64,000 bases of DNA from an uncultured Gemmatimonadaceae bacterium (GCA_963829055.1 CAWHHI010000009.1:108042-172041), one strand, 5' to 3'. Counted from the first letter of the stretch, positions 30,772 to 40,938 are shown. Numbers and translations are program-made. Notes: a model not told the origin generated them from the letters alone.

Positions 30772-32772
30772 CTAACGAGCGACACGTCCCTTTACCCGGA
30801 AGTCGAGCGCGGTGTCGAACCCGGCGCCCGGCTTGAGTTTGAGTACGACCTCCACCGACTCGCTCACCCCGCGCGGCACCAACATGTCCGCGGAGCCGAG
30901 CTTTCCGGCGAACGAGACCTCCGGCGACGTGACGGCAGTGCCGGCGGAATCCACTCGCTCCGCGGTCGGCTGACCAGCCGCATTCAGGATTCCAACGATG
31001 TCGAGGCGCACCGGCCCGTAGACCGGCTGTTGCGACACGTTGCGGACCTGCAGCTGCAGGCGCACCGTCGACTTCGCGGCGTCATAGACCGGTGCGCTCG
31101 TCACGACCTCCACCCGGTTGGTCACGTCCGTTTCCGCGAGGTTGGACGGCGGTGCTCCAGGGGGACCGAGGGTGATGCGGGCGCCGTAGAGCTCCTGGCT
31201 GCCGCTCCGGCGGTCGGCCCACACCGCGGCGAACGCTCCGTTGCGGTCGGATGCGAGGCCCGTATAGTGACCCGCAAACAAGTTGCGGGATCCGTCGAAC
31301 GACACGATGATGCGGCCGTTCGTTAGGTTCTTGTTGGCCTCGTCGCGCGCGCGGCGCACCCACTCCGGGCCCGACACGGCGAAGCGCTCCATCGTCGCGA
31401 GCCGCGTGGCGACCGAGTCGGGAGGACGGTTCGGATCGTCGTGCGGACTCAGATTGTGCACGTACGCCTCGGGGCCGCGCTGCGGCGGTGGGCAGCTCGA
31501 GGCCGACGATACGCGCTGGTTCGCGCTGAATCGCTGCCCGCCATCGGTCGAATACGCGAACATGTAGTCCCAGCAGCGTCGCGCCGGGTCGGCTCGGCGG
31601 TCGTACCACGCGATGCCCACCGCGCCGTTAGGCGTCACCGCGACCACCGGCGTCATGCGATGGTCGGCAACGCCGAGCGGGGCGCCGGACGTGTTGTCGT
31701 TGATGCGCAGTGGGCGCGACCACGTGCGGCCCTTGTCGGCGGACTTCGAAAACCAGATATCGGATTGCCCGCTCCGCGTATCGTCCCACGTAGCGTACAC
31801 GTGGTCGCGGTACGGACTCGTCGACGAGGTGTCGGCGACGACAATGGGGAGTGAGAAGGCCCTCGCGAACTCACCGCGGCGCTCTGGCCAGATGTGCGGG
31901 CCGAAGTCGAACACCTGCTCGGGCGGACTGAACGTCTTTGCCCCGTCGGTGGAGCGCCGCACGAACATCGGGAGCTTGTTGTTGCGCGGGTCGCCGAGCG
32001 GGTTCCAGTACTGGTAGTAGGTGACGAGGACCGTGCCGTCGGAGAGCACAACCGGCTCGGTGGCGACGAGCTTCCCGTCGGGGCGCATGTCGATGAGCAT
32101 CGGGTCCGTGAAGGTCTTCCCGTTGTCATCGGAGTACTGCAGGAACATCGCATACTGGTTGCGCACGAAGGAATCGAAAACATCGTTCCAGGCGAGGTAC
32201 ACGCGCCCGCGGTGCGGCCCGTTCGTCATGTCGACGACGAGCCGCGCGTGGTCGGGCTGCACCGACGGGTGGATCTCGGTGGGCCCGTCCCACGTCCACG
32301 CGTCGCCGGTCGTGGTCCAGACGCGGATCGACGATGCTTGCGACGCCTCAGGGCCGCTGAGCGCGCGCGCGAAGGAGCCGCCGATCACGCACTGCATCAC
32401 GTAGAAGCGGCCTCCGGGGCCGACGACGACCATCGGGTCGAAGGCACCGGCGGTATAGCCGGGGAGACGGACGGTGGTCCAGGTGTTGCCGCCGTCGCGC
32501 GAGACCATCGTCGACGCATTGCGTCCCCCAACCCCGAGGTCATCGCCGCTCTGCTGCTGTGCCACGGCGATCATCACGTTCGGGTTGGCGGGGCTGACCG
32601 CGACCCACATCTCGTTATGCTGACCCGGGACGAGCCGGATGTTCGGGCCGACGGAGATGCGCGATGTCGCTGCCGGGCCCGATAACTGAGCCTGCGCGTG
32701 GAATGAAGTGAACAGGGTCGCGGCGATGGCCGCAGGAGACATCAGGCGGCGGAGCAATCCGTACGTGACCAT
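30772..32772 (-). CDS. BNR/Asp-box repeat (sialidase-like beta-propeller) secreted protein
   Basis: ORF 30772..32886 with a probable start MVTYGLLRRLMSPAAIAATLF at 32772. The Asp-boxes are SRDGGNTW, SDDNGKTF, STDGAKTF, SADKGRTW and STDGGQRF. Intact. Confidence 0.8.
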   Translation of the reverse strand: MVTYGLLRRLMSPAAIAATLFTSFHAQAQLSGPAATSRISVGPNIRLVPGQHNEMWVAVSPANPNVMIAVAQQQSGDDLGVGGRNASTMVSRDGGNTWTTVRLPGYTAGAFDPMVVVGPGGRFYVMQCVIGGSFARALSGPEASQASSIRVWTTTGDAWTWDGPTEIHPSVQPDHARLVVDMTNGPHRGRVYLAWNDVFDSFVRNQYAMFLQYSDDNGKTFTDPMLIDMRPDGKLVATEPVVLSDGTVLVTYYQYWNPLGDPRNNKLPMFVRRSTDGAKTFSPPEQVFDFGPHIWPERRGEFARAFSLPIVVADTSSTSPYRDHVYATWDDTRSGQSDIWFSKSADKGRTWSRPLRINDNTSGAPLGVADHRMTPVVAVTPNGAVGIAWYDRRADPARRCWDYMFAYSTDGGQRFSANQRVSSASSCPPPQRGPEAYVHNLSPHDDPNRPPDSVATRLATMERFAVSGPEWVRRARDEANKNLTNGRIIVSFDGSRNLFAGHYTGLASDRNGAFAAVWADRRSGSQELYGARITLGPPGAPPSNLAETDVTNRVEVVTSAPVYDAAKSTVRLQLQVRNVSQQPVYGPVRLDIVGILNAAGQPTAERVDSAGTAVTSPEVSFAGKLGSADMLVPRGVSESVEVVLKLKPGAGFDTALDFRVKGRVAR

Positions 32773-32919
32773 GTGCGTGACCCTCGCGATATGCGAATGG
32801 CGGACGGGAGAGATAGTTGCCAGACCCATCGCCAATGGCAAGGGCACGTCCGGATACGCACCACGCCGCGAGTCATCGGAGCGCAACGATCGTCATGACG
32901 CGCCTCGGGATGCAGACGT

Positions 32920-33489
32920 TCAGGGCTTGAGCGGCCCGAGCGGGCTCGGCGCGCATCCGGTCGGCTCTGCCGTGTACGTCACTGTCGCGATCTTCCAGCC
33001 TGACGACCCGCGAACGAGCGTGAACGCATCCACGCCGCAGTGCACGAACTGCCGGTTACGGTGGATATCGTACGGCGCCCACACGATCGCGATGGCGCCA
33101 TGCACCAGCACCGTCGGCTGCCACATGCGCTCGACCAGTGTGTCTCGCATGGTGGCGAGCTGGCGCACGAAGCCCTCGAACTCGCCGCGCGACACGACCA
33201 CGCTGTCCGGCCGATACCGCACCGCGTACTGGATGCCGTCCGCGAGCTGAACGCGCCGTATGGCGGCCGTGTCGCGCGCTGTCATCGCGCGGAAGAACTC
33301 GTTCACGATCGCGACGACGGAATCCTGACTCGCCCGGGACGCCTGCGCGGTGACTCGCGCCGGCGTTAGGCAGAGGACGACTCCGATGATGGCTCGGATG
33401 GCTCGAATGCATGGACGCTCCGGTTGCCGGCCAAGATACTGTCGGAGGTCCACCGCGGCTATCGAGCGCGTGCTCCAGCAACTGCGCAA
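32920..33489 (-). CDS. NTF2-fold (SnoaL/DUF4440-like) secreted protein; start uncertain
   Basis: ORF 32920..33489 contains the signal-like IRAIRAIIGVVLCLTPARVTAQA followed by VVAIVNEFFRAMTARDTAAIRRV...HGAIAIVWAPYD. An ATG at ~33412 is one nucleotide out of frame with the signal peptide. Confidence 0.6.
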   Translation of the reverse strand: MRSCWSTRSIAAVDLRQYLGRQPERPCIRAIRAIIGVVLCLTPARVTAQASRASQDSVVAIVNEFFRAMTARDTAAIRRVQLADGIQYAVRYRPDSVVVSRGEFEGFVRQLATMRDTLVERMWQPTVLVHGAIAIVWAPYDIHRNRQFVHCGVDAFTLVRGSSGWKIATVTYTAEPTGCAPSPLGPLKP

Positions 33490-33560
33490 GAATCGGGTTG
33501 CCTGGTGCCGCGCCGCGCGAGCACTCTGCGGCAGTGCCCACCCATTCTCGAGATTACGTC

Positions 33561-34067
33561 ATGACTGCCGGCTTCCGCACCGTTCCCATCCCGAGCGATA
33601 TCGCCGACCGCGCGCGCCGCGAGGGTCGCTCGCCGCAGTACGGTCACCCAGCCCACACCGAGACGGCTGCTGGTTATGGCCCGTGCCGCCTCTGCCTCGA
33701 CACGTTCCGCGTCGGTGAGGAGGAGCGGCTCCTCTTCACCTACGACCCCTTCGCGGGGCTCGACCCATTTCCTGCGCCAGGGCCTGTGTTCGTTCACGCC
33801 GCGGGCTGCGCGGCGTTCGCCGCGCCCACCGGATTCGCGGAGTCGCTTCGCGCGCTTCCGCTCGTGCTGGAGGGATACGCGGCGGGTCGCTGGCTCGTGG
33901 CTCGCGAGCCGGTGCTCACCGGCGACGTCGAGGGCGCGACGGCGCGCATCTTCGCGCACACGTCGGTCGCGTACATCCACGTCCGCAATCTGGAAGCGGG
34001 TTGTTACATCGCGCGCCTCGAGCGTGTACCGACTGCCAATCCGACGACCGCGGCGATCGCGGGATAG
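33561..34067 (+). CDS. DUF1203-like protein
   Basis: ATG 33561 inside ORF 33411..34067. GYGPCRLCLDTFRVGEEERLLFTYDPF resembles the DUF1203 core. Intact. Confidence 0.55.
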   Translation: MTAGFRTVPIPSDIADRARREGRSPQYGHPAHTETAAGYGPCRLCLDTFRVGEEERLLFTYDPFAGLDPFPAPGPVFVHAAGCAAFAAPTGFAESLRALPLVLEGYAAGRWLVAREPVLTGDVEGATARIFAHTSVAYIHVRNLEAGCYIARLERVPTANPTTAAIAG

Positions 34068-34077
34068 CCGAACCGCG

Positions 34078-34545
34078 TTAGGCGGGCAACGAGAGGCCGA
34101 GCCATTGCGTGACAGCCCACCGGTGGCTCGGATGCGCGAGCTGCGTGATTGCCTCTTGCGGAGTCACCCAGACGAGCTCGTGATCCGCCTCGCTGCCGGC
34201 AGCGCCGGCGGCGGAGACGCTGACGTCGAGAAACGTGCTGCGCTTCTCGAAATGCGTGTGCTCCGTCGTCGAGTAGACGAAATCGACTGCACGTGCACTC
34301 CACGATCCGACGCGGACGTCGAGTCCACACTCTTCGCGCATCTCGCGCACGACCGCGTCATGCGGTGTCTCCCCCGGCTCGATGCCACCACCGGCGAGGA
34401 ACAGTCCCTGAGGCGTGCGGACAACCGCGATGCGCCCCATGACATCCGCCGCGAGGCCGTAGGCACTCGGCCTGACTGTCGCCACGGCACCAACCGGCGG
34501 ATGCCCGAACACTGGAACGTCTCCCCGCTCGGGTAGTCTGGTCAT
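34078..34545 (-). CDS. NUDIX hydrolase
   Basis: Intact ORF with the Nudix box GGGIEPGETPHDAVVREMREECGL. Confidence 0.85.
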   Translation of the reverse strand: MTRLPERGDVPVFGHPPVGAVATVRPSAYGLAADVMGRIAVVRTPQGLFLAGGGIEPGETPHDAVVREMREECGLDVRVGSWSARAVDFVYSTTEHTHFEKRSTFLDVSVSAAGAAGSEADHELVWVTPQEAITQLAHPSHRWAVTQWLGLSLPA

Positions 34546-34575
34546 GCCAGGCCGTGCCTTCGAATCACGAGAGAG

Positions 34576-34660
34576 ACTGGCCCCTCTACCGCTACGATCG
34601 CGATTCCTCGACTGCGGCCTGCGGCCTCCGCTCGGAATGACAAACCCGCTCGGAATGACA
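34576..34660. repeat. half copy of the GTCATTCCGAGCG REP-like family
   Basis: GGCCCCTCTACC...TCGCGATTCCTCGAC...GGCCTCCGCTCGGAATGAC..CGCTCGGAATGAC matches the right arm of the element at 58068..58239. Confidence 0.55.
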
Positions 34661-34664
34661 ACGC

Positions 34665-36077
34665 CTACGCGATTGGCCCTCCGCTGAGCCGCTTCACCAG
34701 CTCGTAGAGGAACGTCTGCCCCTGATAGAACGACTGCACTTTGACTCGTTCGTCGCGACCATGGAATCGGATGTCATCGCGATCGTAGAAGATGCCCTGC
34801 ACCCCATAGGTCGGAATTCCGGCCGGTCGCAGATACATGCCGTCGGTCCCACCCATCACCATCATCGGAACCGCCGGAACGCCGGGCCACAGCGAGTTCG
34901 TCAAATCGGTGACCGCCGTCATCAGATCGTCGCGCATTGGCGAGGGTGCGCCGCCCTGCGGCGTGCCCTCGACCGTCACCGTGACCGCGCTGTCCGCGAA
35001 TACCTGCTTCAGCGCCGACGTGACGTAGTCGACGCGGTCCTCCGGCAGCACTCGGCAGTTGACGTTGGCCGCCGCGAGCTGTGGCAGCGCGTTCTTCGCG
35101 TGCCCGCCCTCGAGCAGCGTCGCGACACACGTCGTGCGCAGCGTCGCGTTCCACGCCGTGGACGCGCGCGCAACGCGAGTCATCGCCGCGGTGTCTCCGT
35201 CGGCCACCTTCGCGAGGTCGGCGCTGATCGCGCCCTTCTCGATCTTCGACATCGCGCGGAAGTACGCCTTCGTGACGTCGTTGGTCTTGAGTGGGAAACC
35301 GAATCGGGACATCCGGTCGAGCGCGCCGGCGAGGTGGTAGATCGCGTTGTCCGCCACGGGCAGCGAGCTGTGTCCGCCCTTGTTGTGGACCTCGAGCCGG
35401 TAGTTGATGACGTACTTCTCGCTCACCTGCACGTCGTTCGAGAGCCGTGTGTCGCCTAACGCCTCGCCCCAGCCGCCTTCGTTGAGGCAGAGCTCGGCGT
35501 CGATCAACTCCCGTTTGTTCTTGAGCAGCCACTGCGCGCCGTTGTACGGGCCACCGCCTTCCTCGTCCGCCGTGAGCGCGACGATGATGTCGCGATCGGG
35601 CTTGTACCCTTCGCGCTTGTAGCGAATCAGGTTCGCGATCCAGATCGCCGCCTGCGCCTTGTCGTCACCCACGCCTCGGCCGTAGAAGTAGCCGTCCTTC
35701 TCGGTGAGCGTGTACGGGTCCATGCTCCAGTCCTCGCGCTTCGCTTCCACGACATCCGTGTGCGCGAGCAGGAGGATGGGACGCCGCCGCCCGGTGCCGT
35801 GATACCGCACGACGAGATTCGCCTTCGTCGGACTCGCGCCACCGACGAAGATGTCCGCCGCTGGGAATCCAGCGGCCTTCAATCGCCGAGCGACGGCTTC
35901 CGCGAGCGGCGTGGTGGCGCCCGTCGTGTAGCCGGTCTTGATCTCGATCATCTCCTTGTAGATCGCGCGCGCCAACTGGCGCTCGCTCTCGGGCGGCATG
36001 GTGCGATCCTGCGCGGCCGCGGCGGTGGCGGAGAGCACGGCGCAAAGGGCAGCGCGGGCGACGATGCGGGGAATCAT
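34665..36077 (-). CDS. M20 family metallopeptidase (secreted)
   Basis: ORF 34665..36131 with a likely start MIPRIVARAALCAVLSATAAAAQ at 36077. It has LLLAHTDVVEAKREDW and GRGVGDDKAQAA. Intact. Confidence 0.85.
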   Translation of the reverse strand: MIPRIVARAALCAVLSATAAAAQDRTMPPESERQLARAIYKEMIEIKTGYTTGATTPLAEAVARRLKAAGFPAADIFVGGASPTKANLVVRYHGTGRRRPILLLAHTDVVEAKREDWSMDPYTLTEKDGYFYGRGVGDDKAQAAIWIANLIRYKREGYKPDRDIIVALTADEEGGGPYNGAQWLLKNKRELIDAELCLNEGGWGEALGDTRLSNDVQVSEKYVINYRLEVHNKGGHSSLPVADNAIYHLAGALDRMSRFGFPLKTNDVTKAYFRAMSKIEKGAISADLAKVADGDTAAMTRVARASTAWNATLRTTCVATLLEGGHAKNALPQLAAANVNCRVLPEDRVDYVTSALKQVFADSAVTVTVEGTPQGGAPSPMRDDLMTAVTDLTNSLWPGVPAVPMMVMGGTDGMYLRPAGIPTYGVQGIFYDRDDIRFHGRDERVKVQSFYQGQTFLYELVKRLSGGPIA

Positions 36078-36670
36078 GGAGCGTCCTGGTAAGGGGCCGG
36101 TCGGGAACAGTCTGGCACGTCTGGGCGACATGGTGGCAGCACGGCGGGGGATAGCGGGAGCATAGCATAGCGCTTTCGGCGGGGCATGGCCAGTCGTTAG
36201 GCATCCCCTCTCATCACCAAGGGGGCTAATGGTGGAGCCAGCCGTGCGACACCGCGCCTCCCCACGTGCGGTTCAGTCATACCCGGTTTGGTTTGGTTGA
36301 CACATCCATCCGGACGGGATATTCGTAGCGCCCCGGATCGGTGATCCGCGAAGCAGCAGCAGCAGGAGCAGGAGAGCGTGCAATGGGTCGACCCACTCGT
36401 CCCCATCTGTCAGTACCAAACGCTTCGTTGGTGTGCCCGCACGTGCGCGCGCTCATCGCGCCGCGTGGCCGGAGCCCACCTCCCCGTGAAAGCGGACTCG
36501 ACGGGCCACAGGCAAACGGCCCGTGTCCGACGCGAGCGTCCGGACGACACCCCGACGTTCGTGCCTAACGTGGACAAGGCATTGCCACTGACGACCGGTA
36601 CGCGTACGCGAACGAGGGATGCAGGTGCAGTTGAGAAACCCCATTCCCAGTTGTGTGGAAGGAGGATGTG

Positions 36671-39556
36671 ATGCACGATCGCGGTCATTCGGGATTGATA
36701 GTCAGAACGGCGGTAGTACTCCTTGCTTGCGTGGCGCCACCCGCACTCGCCCAGACGGGATCCGTCACCGGCACCGTGGTAGAGGCCAGCGGCGGCCGCC
36801 CCATCGTGGGTGCACAAGTGTCCGTGAGAGGCACCGGTCTCGCGACACAAGCCGGTGAAGGCGGCAGGTTCACGATCGCGAACATCCCAGCGGGGCCGCA
36901 CGTCATTGCGGTTCGTCAGATCGGGTTCGCCGCCGGGGAGAAGCCGGTCACGATCGTAGCCGGCCAACGAGACACGGTCGACTTCGCGCTCGCCGCGCAG
37001 GCGGTCTCATTGCACGAGGTCGTCGTCACGGGGACAGCGACGGCGACGGAAGTTCGCAAAGTCGGAAACTCGGTGGCGAGCCTGAACGTGACCGACATCG
37101 CCGAGAAGGCACCGATTCTCAGCGTCGATCAGTTGCTCAAGGGACGCACCGCCGGCGTGATCATGAACGTCACGCAGGGGTCGGTCGGCACATCGGGACA
37201 GATCAAGATTCGCGGTACGAAGTCGATCTCGCTGCCGAGCGATCCCGCGCTCTACATCGATGGCGTGAAGGTCAACAACGCCGAAGACCGCGCGTTCTTC
37301 ATCGGCGGCGCCGGGATCAACCGCATCGGGGACATCAACCCCTCCGACATCGACCGCATCGAGGTGGTACGCGGTGCGGCGGCCGCAACGCTCTATGGGA
37401 CGCAGGGCTCGAACGGGGTGATCCAGATCTTCACGAAGAGGGGGCGCACCGGAAAGCCGGAGTGGCTCTTCGAAGGAGAAGGCGGCTTCGAGCGGGCACC
37501 AACGAATCGCTTCCCGGGGCGGCTCTGGACGCAGTTCACCGGGCCGAACGGGTTCCAGGCTCACGACCCGAAGGAGATCGTGGGCAACGGCCGCTACGAA
37601 CGCTATCTGGCGCAGGTGTCCGGGGGCGGGGAAGCCGTCACCTACTTCACTTCGCTGAACTATCAGGGCCAGGAGGCGTCGATCGCGCCTGACGCGAACT
37701 GGAGCCACGTGCTCGGATCGCGCGTCAATCTGAATGCGATCCTGACGCCGAAGTTGTCGCTGTCGGCGCGGACCGCCTTCACGTTCAACAAGCTCCGTAT
37801 CAACGACACCGACAATGCGCTGCACGGTCTCTACTCGCAGGTCGTGGCCGGCCTGCCCTATAGCGCGGCGCCGGACCGGCTGTGGGGGGAACGGTTCGGC
37901 AATTTCTACGCGAATCAGACCGTCGAGAACATCCGGCACACGCTGCGGAACACGACCGGCATCACGGGCGAGTGGCGGCCGCGCACGAACTTCACGCATT
38001 CGGCCACGTTAGGCATCGACTGGTTCGACGATGAGTTCCTGAAGTACTTCCCGTACGCCTATCAGGGGTCGGGGAACAAGCTCGGCTCCAAGACCAACGC
38101 CACCCGCTCGTTCCGCGAGGTCACGTTCGACTACAAGACGTCGCTCAGCAACACGCTCGCGCAGTGGGCGACGTCCGAGCTGTCGGTGGGTGCGCAGGGC
38201 GACTTCCAGTCGCAGAACCGCGTGACGGGGATCGGGACGGACTTCCCGGCTCCCGGCGTGCGCACCGTTTCCGCCGCGGCGACGCGAACCGCCACGGAGG
38301 ATCGTCTCGAGACGACGAACGCCGGCCTGTTCCTTCAGGAGACGGTCGGACTGTGGGACAAGGTGTTCGTCACGGGCGGACTGCGGATCGATGGCAACTC
38401 GGCGTTCGGAAACGATTTCAAGTACCAGACGTACCCGAAGGCGTCGCTCGCGTACTCGATCTCGGACGAGCGCTTCTGGCCCACCTCGGTGGTGCCCACA
38501 ATGAAGTTGCGCGTGGCGTACGGCACGTCGGGGCAGGCGCCCGCGCAGTTCGCCGCCGACCGCACCTACACACCGACGTCGGCCCAAAACGGCCAGCCCG
38601 CTGTCACTCCCAACAACCTCGGCGATCCGAACCTCGGGCCGGAAACATCGAGCGAGCTCGAGTTCGGCTTCGACGCGGGATTTCTGGGTGATCGCGTCGG
38701 TATCGAGTTCACTGGATACTACCAGACCACTAACGACGCGCTGATTCGCAAGCCGGAGCCGCCGTCGCTCGGCTTCCTGAATTCGCAGCTGACGAACATC
38801 GGTCAGACGAAGAGCCACGGGATCGAGCTCGCCGTTAACGGGTTCCTCCTCCGCCGAAAGGACATGGAGTGGAGCTCGCGCGTGAACTTCGCGACGTTCA
38901 CGAGTGAGATCACCGACATGGGCGGAGTCGCGCCGTTCTTCGTGAACGATGCGCGCATCGTCCAGGGCTACCCGGTCAACGCGATCTGGCGCATCCCACT
39001 GCAGAGTTGGGACCCCGTCACGCGACGGCACACCGCCGCGATCGACCGTGTGTTCGCCGGTTCCATCGATCCGAAGTGGTTCGGTTCACTCTCGACCAAC
39101 TACCGGCTCGGCCGCTTCACGGTCACCGGCATGGCCGACTTCCAGGGCGGCAACAAGAAGATCGACTTCTCGCACTACTGGGACACGCGGGTCCGATCCG
39201 GCGACCACTACCTGTCGCTCGTCGAGAAGCCGACGGGAAAGCCGACGCCCGCTGCGGACTCGCTCGTCGACTACGTGAACACGATCGGCAGCACGGTATT
39301 CGTCGAACCGGGGGACTTCATCTCGCTGAGCGAGCTGGCGCTGAGCTACAGCATCCCTGATGGGTTGATCCGCAGCACCGGATTCCGGGGAGCGAGCCTG
39401 CGCCTCTCCGGCCGCAACCTCTACCTCTGGACGAAGTTCCCCGGCGTGGATCCGCGGTTGGCCTGGCAGGGCAACGTCCCGGTGGGCGGTAGCTCGGACT
39501 TCGATTCTCCGCCGGTACCGCGAGTCTTCCTCATCACCGTGCGGGCGTCCCGATGA
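36671..39556 (+). CDS. SusC/RagA-type TonB-dependent receptor
   Basis: ORF 36653..39556. ATG 36671 is preceded by GGAAGGAGGA. It has GSVTGTVVEASGGRPIVGAQVSVRGTG..GRFTIANIPAG, a plug (VVRGAAAATLYGTQGSNGVIQIFTKRG), and a SusD-like gene overlapping its stop. Confidence 0.9.
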   Translation: MHDRGHSGLIVRTAVVLLACVAPPALAQTGSVTGTVVEASGGRPIVGAQVSVRGTGLATQAGEGGRFTIANIPAGPHVIAVRQIGFAAGEKPVTIVAGQRDTVDFALAAQAVSLHEVVVTGTATATEVRKVGNSVASLNVTDIAEKAPILSVDQLLKGRTAGVIMNVTQGSVGTSGQIKIRGTKSISLPSDPALYIDGVKVNNAEDRAFFIGGAGINRIGDINPSDIDRIEVVRGAAAATLYGTQGSNGVIQIFTKRGRTGKPEWLFEGEGGFERAPTNRFPGRLWTQFTGPNGFQAHDPKEIVGNGRYERYLAQVSGGGEAVTYFTSLNYQGQEASIAPDANWSHVLGSRVNLNAILTPKLSLSARTAFTFNKLRINDTDNALHGLYSQVVAGLPYSAAPDRLWGERFGNFYANQTVENIRHTLRNTTGITGEWRPRTNFTHSATLGIDWFDDEFLKYFPYAYQGSGNKLGSKTNATRSFREVTFDYKTSLSNTLAQWATSELSVGAQGDFQSQNRVTGIGTDFPAPGVRTVSAAATRTATEDRLETTNAGLFLQETVGLWDKVFVTGGLRIDGNSAFGNDFKYQTYPKASLAYSISDERFWPTSVVPTMKLRVAYGTSGQAPAQFAADRTYTPTSAQNGQPAVTPNNLGDPNLGPETSSELEFGFDAGFLGDRVGIEFTGYYQTTNDALIRKPEPPSLGFLNSQLTNIGQTKSHGIELAVNGFLLRRKDMEWSSRVNFATFTSEITDMGGVAPFFVNDARIVQGYPVNAIWRIPLQSWDPVTRRHTAAIDRVFAGSIDPKWFGSLSTNYRLGRFTVTGMADFQGGNKKIDFSHYWDTRVRSGDHYLSLVEKPTGKPTPAADSLVDYVNTIGSTVFVEPGDFISLSELALSYSIPDGLIRSTGFRGASLRLSGRNLYLWTKFPGVDPRLAWQGNVPVGGSSDFDSPPVPRVFLITVRASR

Positions 39557-39600
39557 TGATCAATCCCTCAACGAGCCCTCGCTGCACAGAGGATCACGTC

Positions 39601-40845
39601 ATGACGCTTGAATCCCCGATTCGATCCCCGATTCGATCTCCGAAGGTCGTGCGACGCCTGCTTGGCTTCCTCTCGCTGGCGCTCACGTTAGGCGCCTGCA
39701 AGGATATCCTCGAGGTGAGCAACGAGCAGGACATTCTCGACCAGAACCTCGACTCGCCCGAAGCGGTGACGCCGCTCATGAACGGCGTGATCGGCGACTA
39801 TGCGCTCGCCTACGCGTATTCGATCGACATCGTCGGGCTGTTCGGGCAGGAGCTCATTCATACCGGCTCGTTCCCGACGTGGCGTGAGGTGGAGAGCGGG
39901 ATCGGCACGCGCCCCAGCGCGGAGGCCAACACGGTCTACCGGAACGCCTCGCGTGCGGTCTGGGTGGCTGACACCGCCGCGGTCCGCTTTCGCAAGGCGC
40001 TGCCTGATGCCGAGAAGCGCTTCGAGCTGGCGACCGTGCTGGTGTGGGGCGGATTCGCCCACTTCCAGCTGGCCGACAACTTCTGCGAGGTCACGTTCCA
40101 CGGCGGTCCACCGGTCACGCCGAAGGCCGCGTACGAGCGCGCCAGGGGAATCTTCGACGACGCGCTCACGGTGGCCACCGCGGCCAACCGGGCCGAGTTG
40201 CGGAGCGCGGCGTTAGGCGGCCGGGCCAGGGTGAAGCTCATGCTCGGCGATTTCGCCGGGGCGCGCGCCGACGCACAGCAGGTCCCGGTGGGCTTCGTGC
40301 TCCGCGCACTGTACGGCAATAACACGCGCGAGAACAATGCGGTGGCGATCAATGCCACCACGCTGATTCGCCGGGAGGCCGGCGTGAACCCGCGTTTCTA
40401 CAAGGGCGATCCGCGTTACAAGACGGACCCGCGCACGTCGTTCCGCGACAAGGGCGATACGGCGAAGGGTCCCGATCCGACGCGACAGTTCGTGGAGCAG
40501 CTCAAGTACCCGGCCCGGGATACGCCGATTCCGGTGTTCACATGGCAGGAGGCGCGCTTGATCGAGGCCGAGGCGGAGATCCGGTTGAACAACCCGACGC
40601 GCGCGGTGACGTTGATCAACCTGGTGCGCGCCGCGGCGAACCTTCCGGCGTACACGGGGCCGGCGACCCAACAGGCGGTGCTGGACCAGCTCATCTACGA
40701 GCGATCAGCGGAGCTGTGGCTTCAGGCGCAGAGTCTCAACGACTGGCGGAGGTTCAATCTCACGTTCACGCCGCAGCCGAGAGACAAGTGCTTCGAGATC
40801 GGCCAGTCGGAGTGGGAGACCAACCCGAACCTCGGCGCGAAGTAG
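39601..40845 (+). CDS. SusD/RagB-like outer-membrane lipoprotein
   Basis: ORF 39553..40845 with lipobox LALTLGAC. QEARLIEAEAEI and ERSAELWLQAQSLNDWRR are SusD-family motifs. The start is either 39601 or 39553. Confidence 0.8.
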   Translation: MTLESPIRSPIRSPKVVRRLLGFLSLALTLGACKDILEVSNEQDILDQNLDSPEAVTPLMNGVIGDYALAYAYSIDIVGLFGQELIHTGSFPTWREVESGIGTRPSAEANTVYRNASRAVWVADTAAVRFRKALPDAEKRFELATVLVWGGFAHFQLADNFCEVTFHGGPPVTPKAAYERARGIFDDALTVATAANRAELRSAALGGRARVKLMLGDFAGARADAQQVPVGFVLRALYGNNTRENNAVAINATTLIRREAGVNPRFYKGDPRYKTDPRTSFRDKGDTAKGPDPTRQFVEQLKYPARDTPIPVFTWQEARLIEAEAEIRLNNPTRAVTLINLVRAAANLPAYTGPATQQAVLDQLIYERSAELWLQAQSLNDWRRFNLTFTPQPRDKCFEIGQSEWETNPNLGAK

Positions 40846-40858
40846 CCGCTGCGACGGG

Positions 40859-40938
40859 AATTGGGGTCAGACTCGAGTCTGACCCCAATTACGTAGCAAC
40901 AGAATGATACAGACGGGGTCAGACTCGAGTCTGACCCC
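40859..40938. repeat. two copies of the perfect palindrome GGGGTCAGACTCGAGTCTGACCCC
   Basis: 40859..40890 is a perfect 32-bp palindrome (AATTGGGGTCAGACTC|GAGTCTGACCCCAATT). 40915..40938 repeats the 24-bp core. It lies 14 nt after the SusD-like stop. Confidence 0.8.

Noticed and set aside
36353-36380. A short GCA/GGA trinucleotide run (GCAGCAGCAGCAGGAGCAGGAG) in the same intergenic region.
   Set aside because: It is only about 4 perfect units, non-coding, and has no evidence of variability. It is probably an incidental microsatellite.
36131-36670. A possible cobalamin riboswitch in the 540-bp leader of the second SusC-type receptor (GCCACTG at 36584..36590).
   Set aside because: Only this short B12-box-like word is present. 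I could not find the other conserved riboswitch segments or a convincing fold.
39613-39636. A tandem duplication TCCCCGATTCGA x2 (SPIR-SPIR) at the N-terminus of the second SusD-like gene. I considered it as a CRISPR-like or phase-variable repeat.
   Set aside because: It has two in-frame copies only and sits upstream of the lipobox in the signal region. No spacer/repeat architecture exists anywhere in the window.
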